Shown here in pieces: positions 40,500-50,501 of a stretch of DNA of 64,000 nt. The stretch comes from a bacterium (GTDB lineage Bacteria; Electryoneota; Electryoneia; Electryoneales; Electryoneaceae). Both the position numbers and the translations under genes were made by a program. The stretch spans positions 1,440,001-1,504,000 of the forward strand of contig CAXXKJ010000002.1 of assembly GCA_963675295.2 (NCBI GenBank), read 5' to 3'. Positions within the stretch are counted from its first letter, which is position 1, and each line of letters opens with the position of its first letter. Under the pieces are notes generated by a model that was not told the DNA's origin, made no database searches, and saw only the letters and a list, made by a program, of their open reading frames with translations.

Positions 40500-43400
40500 T
40501 CAGTCAATAACGAACGCATTTGGCCAGCCACCGTGTTCTTCGATGACTTCATCGATCTCGCCCACGATGAGGATGGTCTTCTGTATGGCAACAATGATCT
40601 TCTTGTAGTGCTCGATGTCTTCATCGGTTAATGTGCGCCCTGGCCGACCTTTCTTCGGCCCCCTGTCCTTTAGCCACTTCTTGCAAACAGGGTATCCCCC
40701 AATTTCATAATTCCACAGTTTGCTTGATATACCCGAAAACGAAATGTTCTTATCTTTATCTATCCATATCATGTTATCTTTAAATAATACTGAAGATATC
40801 CTCGGTGAAGCGCCGGAAGTGTTTTCATATGATACTGACGACAATGAATCAATTTTTTTTAACATATGTATATTTGTTAACTCTTTACCTTTGGTTTCTA
40901 GTTTTTCATACAATACTTTAGATTTGGTTATTGGGATATGCGGGTAATCAGATCGTAATTGCTTATCATATCGAGTACGGTATTTACTTGAATATAATAT
41001 GGCGTATATATAATATATGGATACATTTTCTTTGATGTTATTTATTGTATAATTATCTATTCTACCCATAACATCTTGTTTATAATATAATACTTGGGGT
41101 AAATAAGCTACTTTTCCTTTTGTACTGTAAAACGATCGATTGTTTGGAAGTACATTTGTTATTAATGCATGTGTAAAATATGAACCGATTGATACCTGCC
41201 TCATTATCATTAATGCTATATTATCATGCTCCACAAGATGTTTTCCAACTCTATAACTTGCAGTCATAACAAATTCCGGATTATAATACGCATATCTAAT
41301 ATCAAAAGGAGCATATAAAAACTTTATAATCGAACCATTTAGTTTATTATCGGTTACCATAGATTTTCTACGCGAAAATAAATCCTTTGCATAGACACCT
41401 GTAAGTCTATACTCTGATGTAACAATTTCATCTGATAAGGTAGAAAATTTTATTATATTATCTAATAACTCTTCTTTTGTAAATGCCGTAAGTAGTTGAT
41501 CATAACCGGAAGTAAACCCGGTAGCAAAATCATTGAATAATTCAGCACAAGAAATATAATTATTATATTCAGCATCAATAGAAACGTCTGATATATCAAA
41601 AATATAATTAGGTCTAATTGGTGATATCACTTTTAATGATAAGCTAGTGGCAGTTTCTTTTAGGAGTGTAGCATATTTATCATCACGAATGCCATAAATA
41701 TCTTTATAAAGCGTTAACATCTCGTTTGTAGTACTTTTTAATTTATATGAAATATTTATAGTAACTCCCTTTTTTATATCAAATACGTTATTATCTGGTT
41801 TTCCTTCCGGTGTACGTTCTTTTTTATCAGCATCACCGTGTAAATTAACTACCATCATACGATCACAATTCGATATAAGATTCCACCTAAATCCCCTAAG
41901 AGATAGCGCATCTAAGTAACTGTTATTTGTTATATAACCAATAATATTAGGAATATTCGCTGTAACTAATTGGGATAATCTAAAAAACTTGATATAATCG
42001 TCATTAAGATTACGTTCAAGCGACAAAGCACTCTTTTCGGAAATAGGAAGATTGTCTATGTATCGATACACATCTATCATCGATTTGACTGAATTAGACA
42101 TGTTAGCAGACATCTGCGCATAAGGTGGATTTGCAATAATTATCGTAAATAATTTATTAAACATAATATTCTGAACCATAGTTGCTTCTTTGGCAAGAGC
42201 GGGTAATATATTCTTTAGTGATACTTGTTTGTGGCCTGTAATAAATTCAAGCGAGTTTGAGAGATAAATGCGAGCTCTCTCTGAGGACTTGAAGTCATAT
42301 CCTGTTTCAATGAGTTTCAAACCAATCTTCATGTGTGCAATTGCATAAGGCGCCATCAGAAGTTCGAAGCCGTGAAGGCGAGGAAGTAGGGAATCCGCTA
42401 CATAGTCATTCCACAGGTCGTGGATTTCAGTCTTGCTATTTCCCGCTGACTTCCACTTTTTCTTCATCGTAGTATGTATAACGCCGATGACTTCAACCAG
42501 GAATGTGCCAGTTCCTGTTGCTGGATCAAGGATTTGGACAAACGGCTTTTCCGGATCAGCGCTATTTGGTATTTCGAAATCATCAATCCGCTGTCCCATC
42601 TCCCCCCAAGTTGTTGTATCCGCCAAACCGTCTTCCAAGCCAAATTCGGTTCGGAGTAGTTCATCTACGGACCTTACGATGAACGAAACTACCGGTCGTG
42701 GGGTATAGAAGACACCGCGTTGCATCCTCTTTTTCGCGTCGTATTCCTTAAGAAACAGCTCATAGAAGTGGATTACGGGGTCTTCGTAGGGATTGCGGTC
42801 ACCAAAGTCGCGCAAAACGGCTTCCATGTTTGCGTCCCGCAGAAGCTGTACGACTTCGTTTACACCCAATTCATCAAAATCGATGCCTGTACCCCGATTA
42901 TCACCATCTCGATCACGACCACCCATCTTCAGAAAGGTCTCGAGAAGTTCCTTCAGAAACGGATTGGTTACGGGGACCATGTCTGCGGCGTTATCGGCAA
43001 CCAAACCTTCCGGGCGCGATATCCTTGCCGTCAGTAACCCGTATGCGATGGTCTGTGCGTACATGTCTGCAAAGTCGTCTTCTTCCAGATCATGGATCAG
43101 CGCTTTTTTGAAGCTGTCCATCATGGTGCGGAGTGGACCTTTTTCGGATTCTGAATCCAGAGCTGAATTCACCTTCTTGCGAATGACCTTGGCCAGTTCA
43201 GCCAACCGAATCGCCAGGGCTTTTGATGTAGTAATGACCTCGCGGTGTCGAACCTGGAAGGCCTTCGACCATTCTTCACGCCAGGTATCCGTATCGGTGG
43301 GATCGTCCGGCCATCGAAGCCGGGTCTTCATCGTCTGAACCGAGTGTTCCAAGTGAAGGACTGTGTTTTCACCGTCCCACCCTAGAACATGAAGTGTGGG

Positions 43401-43832
43401 CAGGTCTTCAGTTTCTTTGTCCTCATGGAAATGCGCAAAGCTAAGCTGGCGCTTATCTTCCTCACCAAAGCTTGAAATGAAGAGAAGATCGGACATTTCC
43501 CAACGGGCCCGTACAGAACTGTTTGCCGATGACCGTTTCTTGATTACCAGACGGTTCAGGATACGACGCATCGCAACTACCGGCAGACGCTTCCTGTCGA
43601 ATTCAATGAAGAAGATGCCCCACGGCTGCTGGTCGTGAATTGGCCGGAGTTGGTGGATGGACCTGATCTTTGCGATTTCTTCCTCGCGAAGACCGAGTTC
43701 CTCTGGTGTGTATTCAAAGGTCAGTTCGTCGAATCCATATTCCTGTAGCGGCCAGTCGAGTTCATATTCCAGGTATTCGATTAGATCTTCAAACGTGGAA
43801 ATCTGGCGCAGACGCTCGGCTTCGGACGACAT
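40500..43832 (-). CDS. N6-adenine DNA methyltransferase with type ISP-like C-terminal specificity domain
   Basis: RGVFYTP, ILDPATGTGTFL (motif I), ANPPY (motif IV), DDYIKF, NLHGD, YAPFD, YIYAILYS, IGGY.V.KKWLKDR. Confidence 0.88.
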   Translation of the reverse strand: MSSEAERLRQISTFEDLIEYLEYELDWPLQEYGFDELTFEYTPEELGLREEEIAKIRSIHQLRPIHDQQPWGIFFIEFDRKRLPVVAMRRILNRLVIKKRSSANSSVRARWEMSDLLFISSFGEEDKRQLSFAHFHEDKETEDLPTLHVLGWDGENTVLHLEHSVQTMKTRLRWPDDPTDTDTWREEWSKAFQVRHREVITTSKALAIRLAELAKVIRKKVNSALDSESEKGPLRTMMDSFKKALIHDLEEDDFADMYAQTIAYGLLTARISRPEGLVADNAADMVPVTNPFLKELLETFLKMGGRDRDGDNRGTGIDFDELGVNEVVQLLRDANMEAVLRDFGDRNPYEDPVIHFYELFLKEYDAKKRMQRGVFYTPRPVVSFIVRSVDELLRTEFGLEDGLADTTTWGEMGQRIDDFEIPNSADPEKPFVQILDPATGTGTFLVEVIGVIHTTMKKKWKSAGNSKTEIHDLWNDYVADSLLPRLHGFELLMAPYAIAHMKIGLKLIETGYDFKSSERARIYLSNSLEFITGHKQVSLKNILPALAKEATMVQNIMFNKLFTIIIANPPYAQMSANMSNSVKSMIDVYRYIDNLPISEKSALSLERNLNDDYIKFFRLSQLVTANIPNIIGYITNNSYLDALSLRGFRWNLISNCDRMMVVNLHGDADKKERTPEGKPDNNVFDIKKGVTINISYKLKSTTNEMLTLYKDIYGIRDDKYATLLKETATSLSLKVISPIRPNYIFDISDVSIDAEYNNYISCAELFNDFATGFTSGYDQLLTAFTKEELLDNIIKFSTLSDEIVTSEYRLTGVYAKDLFSRRKSMVTDNKLNGSIIKFLYAPFDIRYAYYNPEFVMTASYRVGKHLVEHDNIALMIMRQVSIGSYFTHALITNVLPNNRSFYSTKGKVAYLPQVLYYKQDVMGRIDNYTINNIKENVSIYYIYAILYSSKYRTRYDKQLRSDYPHIPITKSKVLYEKLETKGKELTNIHMLKKIDSLSSVSYENTSGASPRISSVLFKDNMIWIDKDKNISFSGISSKLWNYEIGGYPVCKKWLKDRGPKKGRPGRTLTDEDIEHYKKIIVAIQKTILIVGEIDEVIEEHGGWPNAFVID

Positions 43833-43841
43833 AACCTTCTC

Positions 43842-46800
43842 CTAGTTCAGTTCCATCCAGCATTTCAACACGGGAGAAACACCTGGTAAAGCGTTTAGCG
43901 GACGAAGGTGATCCTTGATCAGCTGCTTGTCCATCTTCTTTCGGATGTCCGTCAGCAAAGCACGGTCAAGCTCAGTGTGGCGATTGGTATCAGGGTAGGA
44001 TCGGATCTGTTTCGCAATCACGCCTGGTTCGGACAGCAAACGTTCACTGTTCAGATCGTACAGGAGCCAGACAGTATAACCGGCATCATCGGACCAACGC
44101 TGATTTCCATTTTCATCTGGGATCAAATTCTTGTCCGGGCGTGGAATACGGTAGCAGAAGAACACCCCCTTCGCGCCGTTCTTCTCCGCTTTCTTGCCCG
44201 AGAACGTTTTTAGCGGAAGGTTCGCAACAGATTCCGCCAAATCTGCATGATCCCGCACCAGTTCATCATATTCAAGGCGGAGATCTTCAATGTCGCTACG
44301 CTTGCCTTCGTACTTTTCGTTCAGCTCACGGATTTGTTCGTATTGATCTTCAGGCGTCAACAAGGTTTGGCCCTCGATGCCAAGCGTCTTCGATATCACG
44401 ACAACCTTGTTCGTGACTGTGCGGTACAGGCTGAGCAGGTTTTCCAGTTCGTTCGGCGGCAGAAAATTCCAGTACGTAACCTTACCGCGATATTTAACCT
44501 GCTCGGGATGATCCCTCGTTAGGGCTTTTTCGTGGTCTGGATTCAGACGCCGGTCAATTCGGCCAATCCGCTGCATCATCCGTACGGGGTTCCAGTGCAG
44601 GTCGTAGTTTACAAGGGCTGTGGCATCCTGCAGGTTCAGACCCTCCGCTAAAATATCTGTCGCAATCAGGACGCGGATTTCCTTCCTTTTCTGTGTTGCC
44701 AGAATTTCGGAAGACGATTTGTTGTAGTATGGGGAGAAGCGTTTGATCGTCGCGCTTCTGTGTTTCTGCGAACTGCTACCGTCGATGCGCTCCAGATCTT
44801 CGATACTAGCTTCTTTCAGTTCCTTCTCGAGATAGCGAGCGGTATCTGAAAACTCTGTGAAGACAATCACCTTTTGTTCACGCAACTCCTTGCTCTGCAG
44901 TAGTTTCTTCAGTGTCTGCAGTTTGTCATCGTTCGCCGGTTTGATCTTAGAAACTTCTTCCAAGAATTCGGCAATTTGATTCATGTCATCTAATGTGTCA
45001 TCAATAATGTCATCGAGATTGAATTCATCTGGATCTAAGTCTGTTACATTGTTAAGGATGTCTTCAGTTAAAAAATCTTCCACTTGATCTTCTGATGCTT
45101 CTTTCGGCCATAACTCTTCTTGATGGTTCTTGATCAAGCCCACAAGATCAGCATATTTAGCATCCCACTTCTTTAGACGGCGAATGTCATGTTCGGTCGC
45201 AGCATACGTCTGAACCCAGGCATACAATTTCTGTAGTAGTCGATAGCAGGAACCTTCGAACGCCCTGGCTGAACTTTCGAAACGCTTCAGGAAAAGTGTG
45301 CGGATCAATGAAACAACCTGTTTCTGGCGACCTTCATCAAACGACTGGCTTTGTGAATCATCTTCTTCGCCGATCCGGTAGAATAGTGGATAGTAAATTC
45401 CCAGCATGAACAATGGGGTCTTCTTGCTGAACGCCTTTTTCACCTTCACGAGTAGCTCACCGTACGTTTTCTGCAAGTCGTAATCGGCAACCTGGGGAAG
45501 ACCACGTTCAGGGAAGATCGCGTTGTTGCCACCATGAAGCTTTTGGCTTGCCTTCACATATGACCGGCTACGCTGGATTACTAATGTGTCGAAGATCTTA
45601 TCCTTGTGCAGCGCTTCTTCGGCTTCTTCGATTTGGTCTGATGTAATCAGTGTGAGCTGGTCGTCGTCTGGAAGCTTATTCAGGATTCGCTTTTCGAGAT
45701 TGATGAAGTGCCTGCGCAGGTTATGGATGCCAAGGCTGTTGGCGAAGTAGTTATCCAAGGCATTAGTGCGAAGTTCAATGATATGACGGAAGTCGTGGAC
45801 TGAGTTGTTGATTGGGGTGGCTGTAAGGAAGAATAATCGCTTCTGGCGGTCCCCTCCATTTAAATACTGCTGGAGCTTGCGATAGCGCGATGGGGCTTTC
45901 GCCCCCTGACCTTTCACCCCAGGATTTCTGAAGTTATGCGCTTCGTCGATGATAATCGCATCAGCATCTCGAAGCGTCTGCTCCATCTGCCGTGGCCATT
46001 TTCCCTCCCGCTGGAGGTCGGTGTGGTTATACACAATCAGGTTGACAAATCCATTCCAAACCTCTTCAAGAAAATCGTCCAGTACAGTCTGCCAGACATC
46101 TTCCCTAGCAGCTTTCGGGGCAAAAAGTACGACTTGCTTCGCATCCTTGAATACAAGTCGTTCGATCAGCATCAGCCCGACATAGGTCTTACCCAGGCCC
46201 ACACCGTCGCACAGAAACGCACAGCCGTGTTCGTCAGCGATCCTTAGTAGATTGCGATAAGCATCTTGCTGATATCTGTCGAGAAGCGGAAAAATCTTTG
46301 ATTTCGTCTCATCCCATTCATCTGGTTCGAGATCTTTGCCACGGAAGAATTCTTGCAAAGATTTCATCCAGACAACGAATGGTGTTTTCGGTTCGATATG
46401 ACGTTCGATAGTCCGCAGAATTTCAGGAGTAACTTCTTGGGCTTCATCCCAATGTCGTTCGTACCAGTCTTGTAGAAGACGAACCTCAGGTCCGCTAATT
46501 TTGACGTTCAGTTCGACATTATCTGACAGGCCGGGGTAAGTAAAATTCGATGAACCTACTAGGGCGAATGATCCAACCACTTTTTCACGTGCATGTGTGA
46601 TATATGCTTTTGCATGAAACTTATCTTTTGTGTACACACGACAAACAATATATCCAGATCTAATAGCCTCTACAATTGCTGGAACACCTTCTAAAAAATC
46701 ATTTTGTTCCTTTTCTTTCTCAATACTTTCTTCGAGCTTTTCATTCAATTGCTGAATACCACTTGTTATTGCCCGCTTTGTACGTCTGCTTAATTCGTCA

Positions 46801-47000
46801 CCGAATAAAATCCTGATGTTGTCTATCTGCTGCCATTTTTCGTCCAGCCCTAAAAGGCTTCCAATTTCGAAATATCCGGTAGCGACGTCCAACCCTGACG
46901 ATATATTACACCATCCAGCTAAGTAGTCCAAGACTTTCCAGTCACTGTCACTGTTGTCTACAATGAACGGATCGCCTTCTGGTTCGCGAGTCTGCGGCAT
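43842..47000 (-). CDS. PLD-nuclease + SNF2-type helicase (restriction/translocase subunit)
   Basis: ATG at 47000 with AGGAG RBS; FHAKAY...GSSNFT..G...N.ELN (HKD-type PLD); DGVGLGKT, IDEAHN, LTATP, EGLNLQ, QRIGRIDR. Confidence 0.9.
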   Translation of the reverse strand: MPQTREPEGDPFIVDNSDSDWKVLDYLAGWCNISSGLDVATGYFEIGSLLGLDEKWQQIDNIRILFGDELSRRTKRAITSGIQQLNEKLEESIEKEKEQNDFLEGVPAIVEAIRSGYIVCRVYTKDKFHAKAYITHAREKVVGSFALVGSSNFTYPGLSDNVELNVKISGPEVRLLQDWYERHWDEAQEVTPEILRTIERHIEPKTPFVVWMKSLQEFFRGKDLEPDEWDETKSKIFPLLDRYQQDAYRNLLRIADEHGCAFLCDGVGLGKTYVGLMLIERLVFKDAKQVVLFAPKAAREDVWQTVLDDFLEEVWNGFVNLIVYNHTDLQREGKWPRQMEQTLRDADAIIIDEAHNFRNPGVKGQGAKAPSRYRKLQQYLNGGDRQKRLFFLTATPINNSVHDFRHIIELRTNALDNYFANSLGIHNLRRHFINLEKRILNKLPDDDQLTLITSDQIEEAEEALHKDKIFDTLVIQRSRSYVKASQKLHGGNNAIFPERGLPQVADYDLQKTYGELLVKVKKAFSKKTPLFMLGIYYPLFYRIGEEDDSQSQSFDEGRQKQVVSLIRTLFLKRFESSARAFEGSCYRLLQKLYAWVQTYAATEHDIRRLKKWDAKYADLVGLIKNHQEELWPKEASEDQVEDFLTEDILNNVTDLDPDEFNLDDIIDDTLDDMNQIAEFLEEVSKIKPANDDKLQTLKKLLQSKELREQKVIVFTEFSDTARYLEKELKEASIEDLERIDGSSSQKHRSATIKRFSPYYNKSSSEILATQKRKEIRVLIATDILAEGLNLQDATALVNYDLHWNPVRMMQRIGRIDRRLNPDHEKALTRDHPEQVKYRGKVTYWNFLPPNELENLLSLYRTVTNKVVVISKTLGIEGQTLLTPEDQYEQIRELNEKYEGKRSDIEDLRLEYDELVRDHADLAESVANLPLKTFSGKKAEKNGAKGVFFCYRIPRPDKNLIPDENGNQRWSDDAGYTVWLLYDLNSERLLSEPGVIAKQIRSYPDTNRHTELDRALLTDIRKKMDKQLIKDHLRPLNALPGVSPVLKCWMELN

Positions 47001-47155
47001 AGCATCTCCTACTATTGCAAGTAGAGTGGCATCAAGGTAGTGCGGCAAGTGTATGGAGGCAAAGTGTTGAAGGGTCTAGGTCCATTTGACTATCGCCCCT
47101 GGTCGTGGGTCAGATCCCCCACGAATTCTCTAGCTTTGCTTCCATCGTGATCACA

Positions 47156-47782
47156 TCAGTCAGCACGCAGTTCAACCAGACCGGTGTTTTCTTCCTCAAT
47201 CAGCCGCTGCAGTAGATTGACAGCAGTTGCGAAGTCACCACCAAGTGGGTTTTCAAGAAGGGTGGCCGCTGCTTTAATAAATTCACCTTGCTCACGATAA
47301 AGCTCTGCCATCATCAAACGGTCACTTGGTTCGTTCTCATCCATGAATCCTATAAGTGCATTCATGTTCGAAATGTCATCATTCGACAGTGGATCTGCGT
47401 CTTCAACACCACGTCGTAGATCATTCCTTGCCCACCACAGATGCAGCCTGAGATACCTTTCTTGTTTTCTGTCATTTCCACCCCGATCCAGCATCTGGAT
47501 ATAATCGGTCATTTCAAGGGATAATGAGTTTACCGCCCCTGGGTAGTTTTCGTCTACCTGGAAACGATATAGTTCGTCTATGTTTTCAAATTCATCCTTC
47601 CATCCAGCATGACTGCACTTGTGGCATTTCAGTAAGTGATGGACAATCAAGTCCATAGGCGCCACCATTCTGCCGTCGGTCCAGTACGTAGCTCCAAAGG
47701 TGTTGCCGGATAGCCATGTCTGCTCAAGTAACAACCCTTCACATTCAGGGCATTTACGAACTATTGTTGGTCCTGGCTGCAT
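47156..47782 (-). CDS. Hypothetical protein with zinc-ribbon N-terminus
   Basis: CPEC...SGNTFGA..WTDG...CHKC; C-terminal AELYREQGEF TPR-like helix. Confidence 0.7.
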   Translation of the reverse strand: MQPGPTIVRKCPECEGLLLEQTWLSGNTFGATYWTDGRMVAPMDLIVHHLLKCHKCSHAGWKDEFENIDELYRFQVDENYPGAVNSLSLEMTDYIQMLDRGGNDRKQERYLRLHLWWARNDLRRGVEDADPLSNDDISNMNALIGFMDENEPSDRLMMAELYREQGEFIKAAATLLENPLGGDFATAVNLLQRLIEEENTGLVELRAD

Positions 47783-47812
47783 GTTTTTAGACCCTTCGTC
47801 GCTATTCTTTGT

Positions 47813-48145
47813 TTATGCCGCTTTATCTCTGAATACTGTTATGAGCACATCATCTTCAGATGTAATGACACATACATTTATTGCGCGTTCTATGTCTTTT
47901 AACCACTCATGTCTGCTTTTTTCAGAAATATTTCTAACACTATTCCTTTCCGCACTATTAACTGCTCCTGTACGCCACTTATGCTGCATGTATAATTCTT
48001 CAATCATCTTCCTCGGAATACTATACATACGTTTACCACCTTTTAAATTGCTAACAGCCCCATGTATCACAACATATTCAGCTGTACATTCATCAATATT
48101 CCGCTGTCTACACCTATCTACGAAGTGTTGTGTCTTTTCAAACAT
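47813..48145 (-). CDS. DUF4258-like (RelE/BrnT-fold) putative toxin
   Basis: TQHFVDRCRQRNI...VIHG...LITVF; AAGGAGG RBS before the ATG at 48145. Confidence 0.6.
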   Translation of the reverse strand: MFEKTQHFVDRCRQRNIDECTAEYVVIHGAVSNLKGGKRMYSIPRKMIEELYMQHKWRTGAVNSAERNSVRNISEKSRHEWLKDIERAINVCVITSEDDVLITVFRDKAA

Positions 48146-48158
48146 GAAACCCTCCTTT

Positions 48159-48770
48159 CTAGGCAAATGGTATTTCTTCAGTTACTATTTTATCTCTTGC
48201 TAAATCACCTTCAATAAAACCAATAATGTTTTCCAATGTTATTAAGGGCCATCCCATAGCCCTATAAACTTCATCTTCCTTGTCACTTATTATATTATCA
48301 ATATCCCTTTGAACTTTATAACAATATGATAACAGTTTTTTCATTTCTTCAAGTGCTAATAATTGCTTATTACGTTTATTTTCGAGATAGTTATTATGCG
48401 TATAGTAAGACCATGATACCATATTCGCGAATATAAAGTCACGGCTGTGTTGCGATACTTTTGTCGCGTTATTAATTCTGTTTAATGTTTTTTCTCTAAT
48501 TGCAAAATTCTTTTTTTCAAAAGTTTTTTCATCATATTCAAAGCCGTTTTCTTTATTATATTCAATTACATAGTCAATGATTTTATGGAAATCTTGAGCA
48601 AATACTGAATCAAGAAATTCAACTGTCGGATAATCATTCTCTCTTAGCTCGTCAATGTATTCGATGACAATTTTCGGCAACTTAAAAGTTGTTCGCGCTG
48701 TTTTCGTGGTCCTTGAAGATTCCAAATTCTTATTTATCTCATCAAGTTTCTTTTTTGCGTTTTCGTTCAT
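48159..48770 (-). CDS. Hypothetical protein, RHH-like, possible antitoxin
   Basis: RTTFKLP...IDEL and KKNFAIR..TL.RIN strand-helix segments; directly upstream of the DUF4258-like gene. Confidence 0.55.
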   Translation of the reverse strand: MNENAKKKLDEINKNLESSRTTKTARTTFKLPKIVIEYIDELRENDYPTVEFLDSVFAQDFHKIIDYVIEYNKENGFEYDEKTFEKKNFAIREKTLNRINNATKVSQHSRDFIFANMVSWSYYTHNNYLENKRNKQLLALEEMKKLLSYCYKVQRDIDNIISDKEDEVYRAMGWPLITLENIIGFIEGDLARDKIVTEEIPFA

Positions 48771-48948
48771 CTTGCTCTCCAAATGTTATCTGAGTACCAA
48801 CTGGGGATAAACATACGGAATGCGATGAGGGATGTCAAGTAGTAGGACTCCAAGTGAATGGTAGGATATTGTGTAGTGCGTAGGTGGCCGTGTCTGCAAT
48901 AGGCTGGATCTACTGTGCCAATGTTGATGCGCGTTTTTCTCAAAATTC

Positions 48949-50493
48949 CTAGTTTGTGGGGGTTTCAGCCAGGCCGTAAACCCTATTTATGAGCGCGACC
49001 ATAGCTTCAGTATCACGTCGACAGTAAATCCACAAATCGTTGCGGATATTTTCAATCTCCGGATCTTCGTCGCCAGAAACTTTCCGTGCCTCCATTCGAT
49101 CGATCATCTCCAGAAACCTCAATGCAGCCGTGTCACCGTCTGCTATTGCTAATCCATCGTACGATAAGTCGTCGCACAGTGCTGGAAGAACTGATTTGAT
49201 GGAGAAGCTGCCTTCGAATTTTGGGTGGTAAACGTGTTCACGAATTATCGGAAGAAGGTCCATTAGTCTGTCTTGAATTGCTGAAAGATCGCTTTCCAGA
49301 TCTGGGCAGGCTTGAATCAACTCTCCCAGCATCCGATGCTCGTAACCGGAGTAGGTCAGTATCTTTCCTGAAACGATTGAAGCTTGTTGAATCAGTGCTT
49401 CTGAGAGTGGTCTTCGTGGGTCTGAAGAATCTGAATGCAGATACCCATCATGGAGTACGGTTTGCCCAGGACCACGTTCAAGGTGCAACGAAAACTGGAA
49501 GGGGATTGCCTGGAATGGGCGTGTTCCTGCCCACCGAGGAAGCGAAGTCAGACTACCGGTGCTTTCAAAATCCAGATGATATCGTGGATACCCAATCGCG
49601 TCGATTTGCTCCTTTAGTCCTCTTTCAATTTGAAGCTTACCTGTTTGATGCGCCCGTAACGCACGAGCTTGTGTAGCATTCAACGTAGAGGCGTCAAGTT
49701 GATCAAGCTCGTCAATGCCCTCGTCATGCCACTTGTCTGCACGAGCGGGCCCAGCTCCTGGAAGCAATGTCAATTCATCACGTGGTGGGATTTCACATGC
49801 AGTTCCAAGAAATGGGCAAGCGTATGGATCCGAACATTGGGACCCGGGGTAAACGACAGGAGCGGACGAACTGTCAATGACCTGTGTACCAAGTTCTAGA
49901 AGCTGGTTCACTTCACCAAGATACTGATCGGTTTGTGTTGTGAGATCGTGTTCGGAATACAGTTGCTGCAAATCATACTCGCCGCCTGGGTAGACATATT
50001 CCTTGTTCAGGTGCAGCACACCTGCCCTAACGATTTCGAGCTGAAATTCATTTTGTTTTGCCCAGAATTCGATGATCTTTCGTTGTATGGCAACATCGAT
50101 TTCATGGATGTCCTTCGCTGATCCGACCGACTTCACTTCCCACAGCTCCCATTGCTGGCCATGCAAGCGCACCATGATATCGGCACGGATAAACGTGCGC
50201 TGTACAATGAATGCAGCTTCATAGATGGCTTTACACTTGGGATCTTCAAGTAGGGCTCGTGTTTGACCGAGGGCACCTTCCACATCCCAATATTCAGTAT
50301 CAACCAGTACGCCACCAGACCAACGGTCACGAGCTAGCTCACCAATCCGAGTACCATTGTCAAAACGTGCCTGGGTGGCCACGTCTGTTTCAGCAGCTAA
50401 CTCGCGGTGATATACTTCGTTCCACAATCGCAACGGACACTGGCGTAAAGAAAGCAGTTTTGATTTGGAAAGGGATTTTCTATGCATGAACAT
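48949..50493 (-). CDS. DUF2779-domain nuclease-like protein
   Basis: LSKS...QCPLRLW, RADI...EVKS, LDFES...P.Q.IPFQFSLH, HP.F.GS.SIKSVLPAL, YC.RDT.AM. Confidence 0.82.
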   Translation of the reverse strand: MFMHRKSLSKSKLLSLRQCPLRLWNEVYHRELAAETDVATQARFDNGTRIGELARDRWSGGVLVDTEYWDVEGALGQTRALLEDPKCKAIYEAAFIVQRTFIRADIMVRLHGQQWELWEVKSVGSAKDIHEIDVAIQRKIIEFWAKQNEFQLEIVRAGVLHLNKEYVYPGGEYDLQQLYSEHDLTTQTDQYLGEVNQLLELGTQVIDSSSAPVVYPGSQCSDPYACPFLGTACEIPPRDELTLLPGAGPARADKWHDEGIDELDQLDASTLNATQARALRAHQTGKLQIERGLKEQIDAIGYPRYHLDFESTGSLTSLPRWAGTRPFQAIPFQFSLHLERGPGQTVLHDGYLHSDSSDPRRPLSEALIQQASIVSGKILTYSGYEHRMLGELIQACPDLESDLSAIQDRLMDLLPIIREHVYHPKFEGSFSIKSVLPALCDDLSYDGLAIADGDTAALRFLEMIDRMEARKVSGDEDPEIENIRNDLWIYCRRDTEAMVALINRVYGLAETPTN

Positions 50494-50501
50494 ACTGCGC
50501 C

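Noticed and set aside
40500-47000. DISARM or BREX system
   Set aside because: No DrmA/DrmB (DUF1998), PglZ or BrxC recognised nearby; the MTase C-terminus is type ISP-like.
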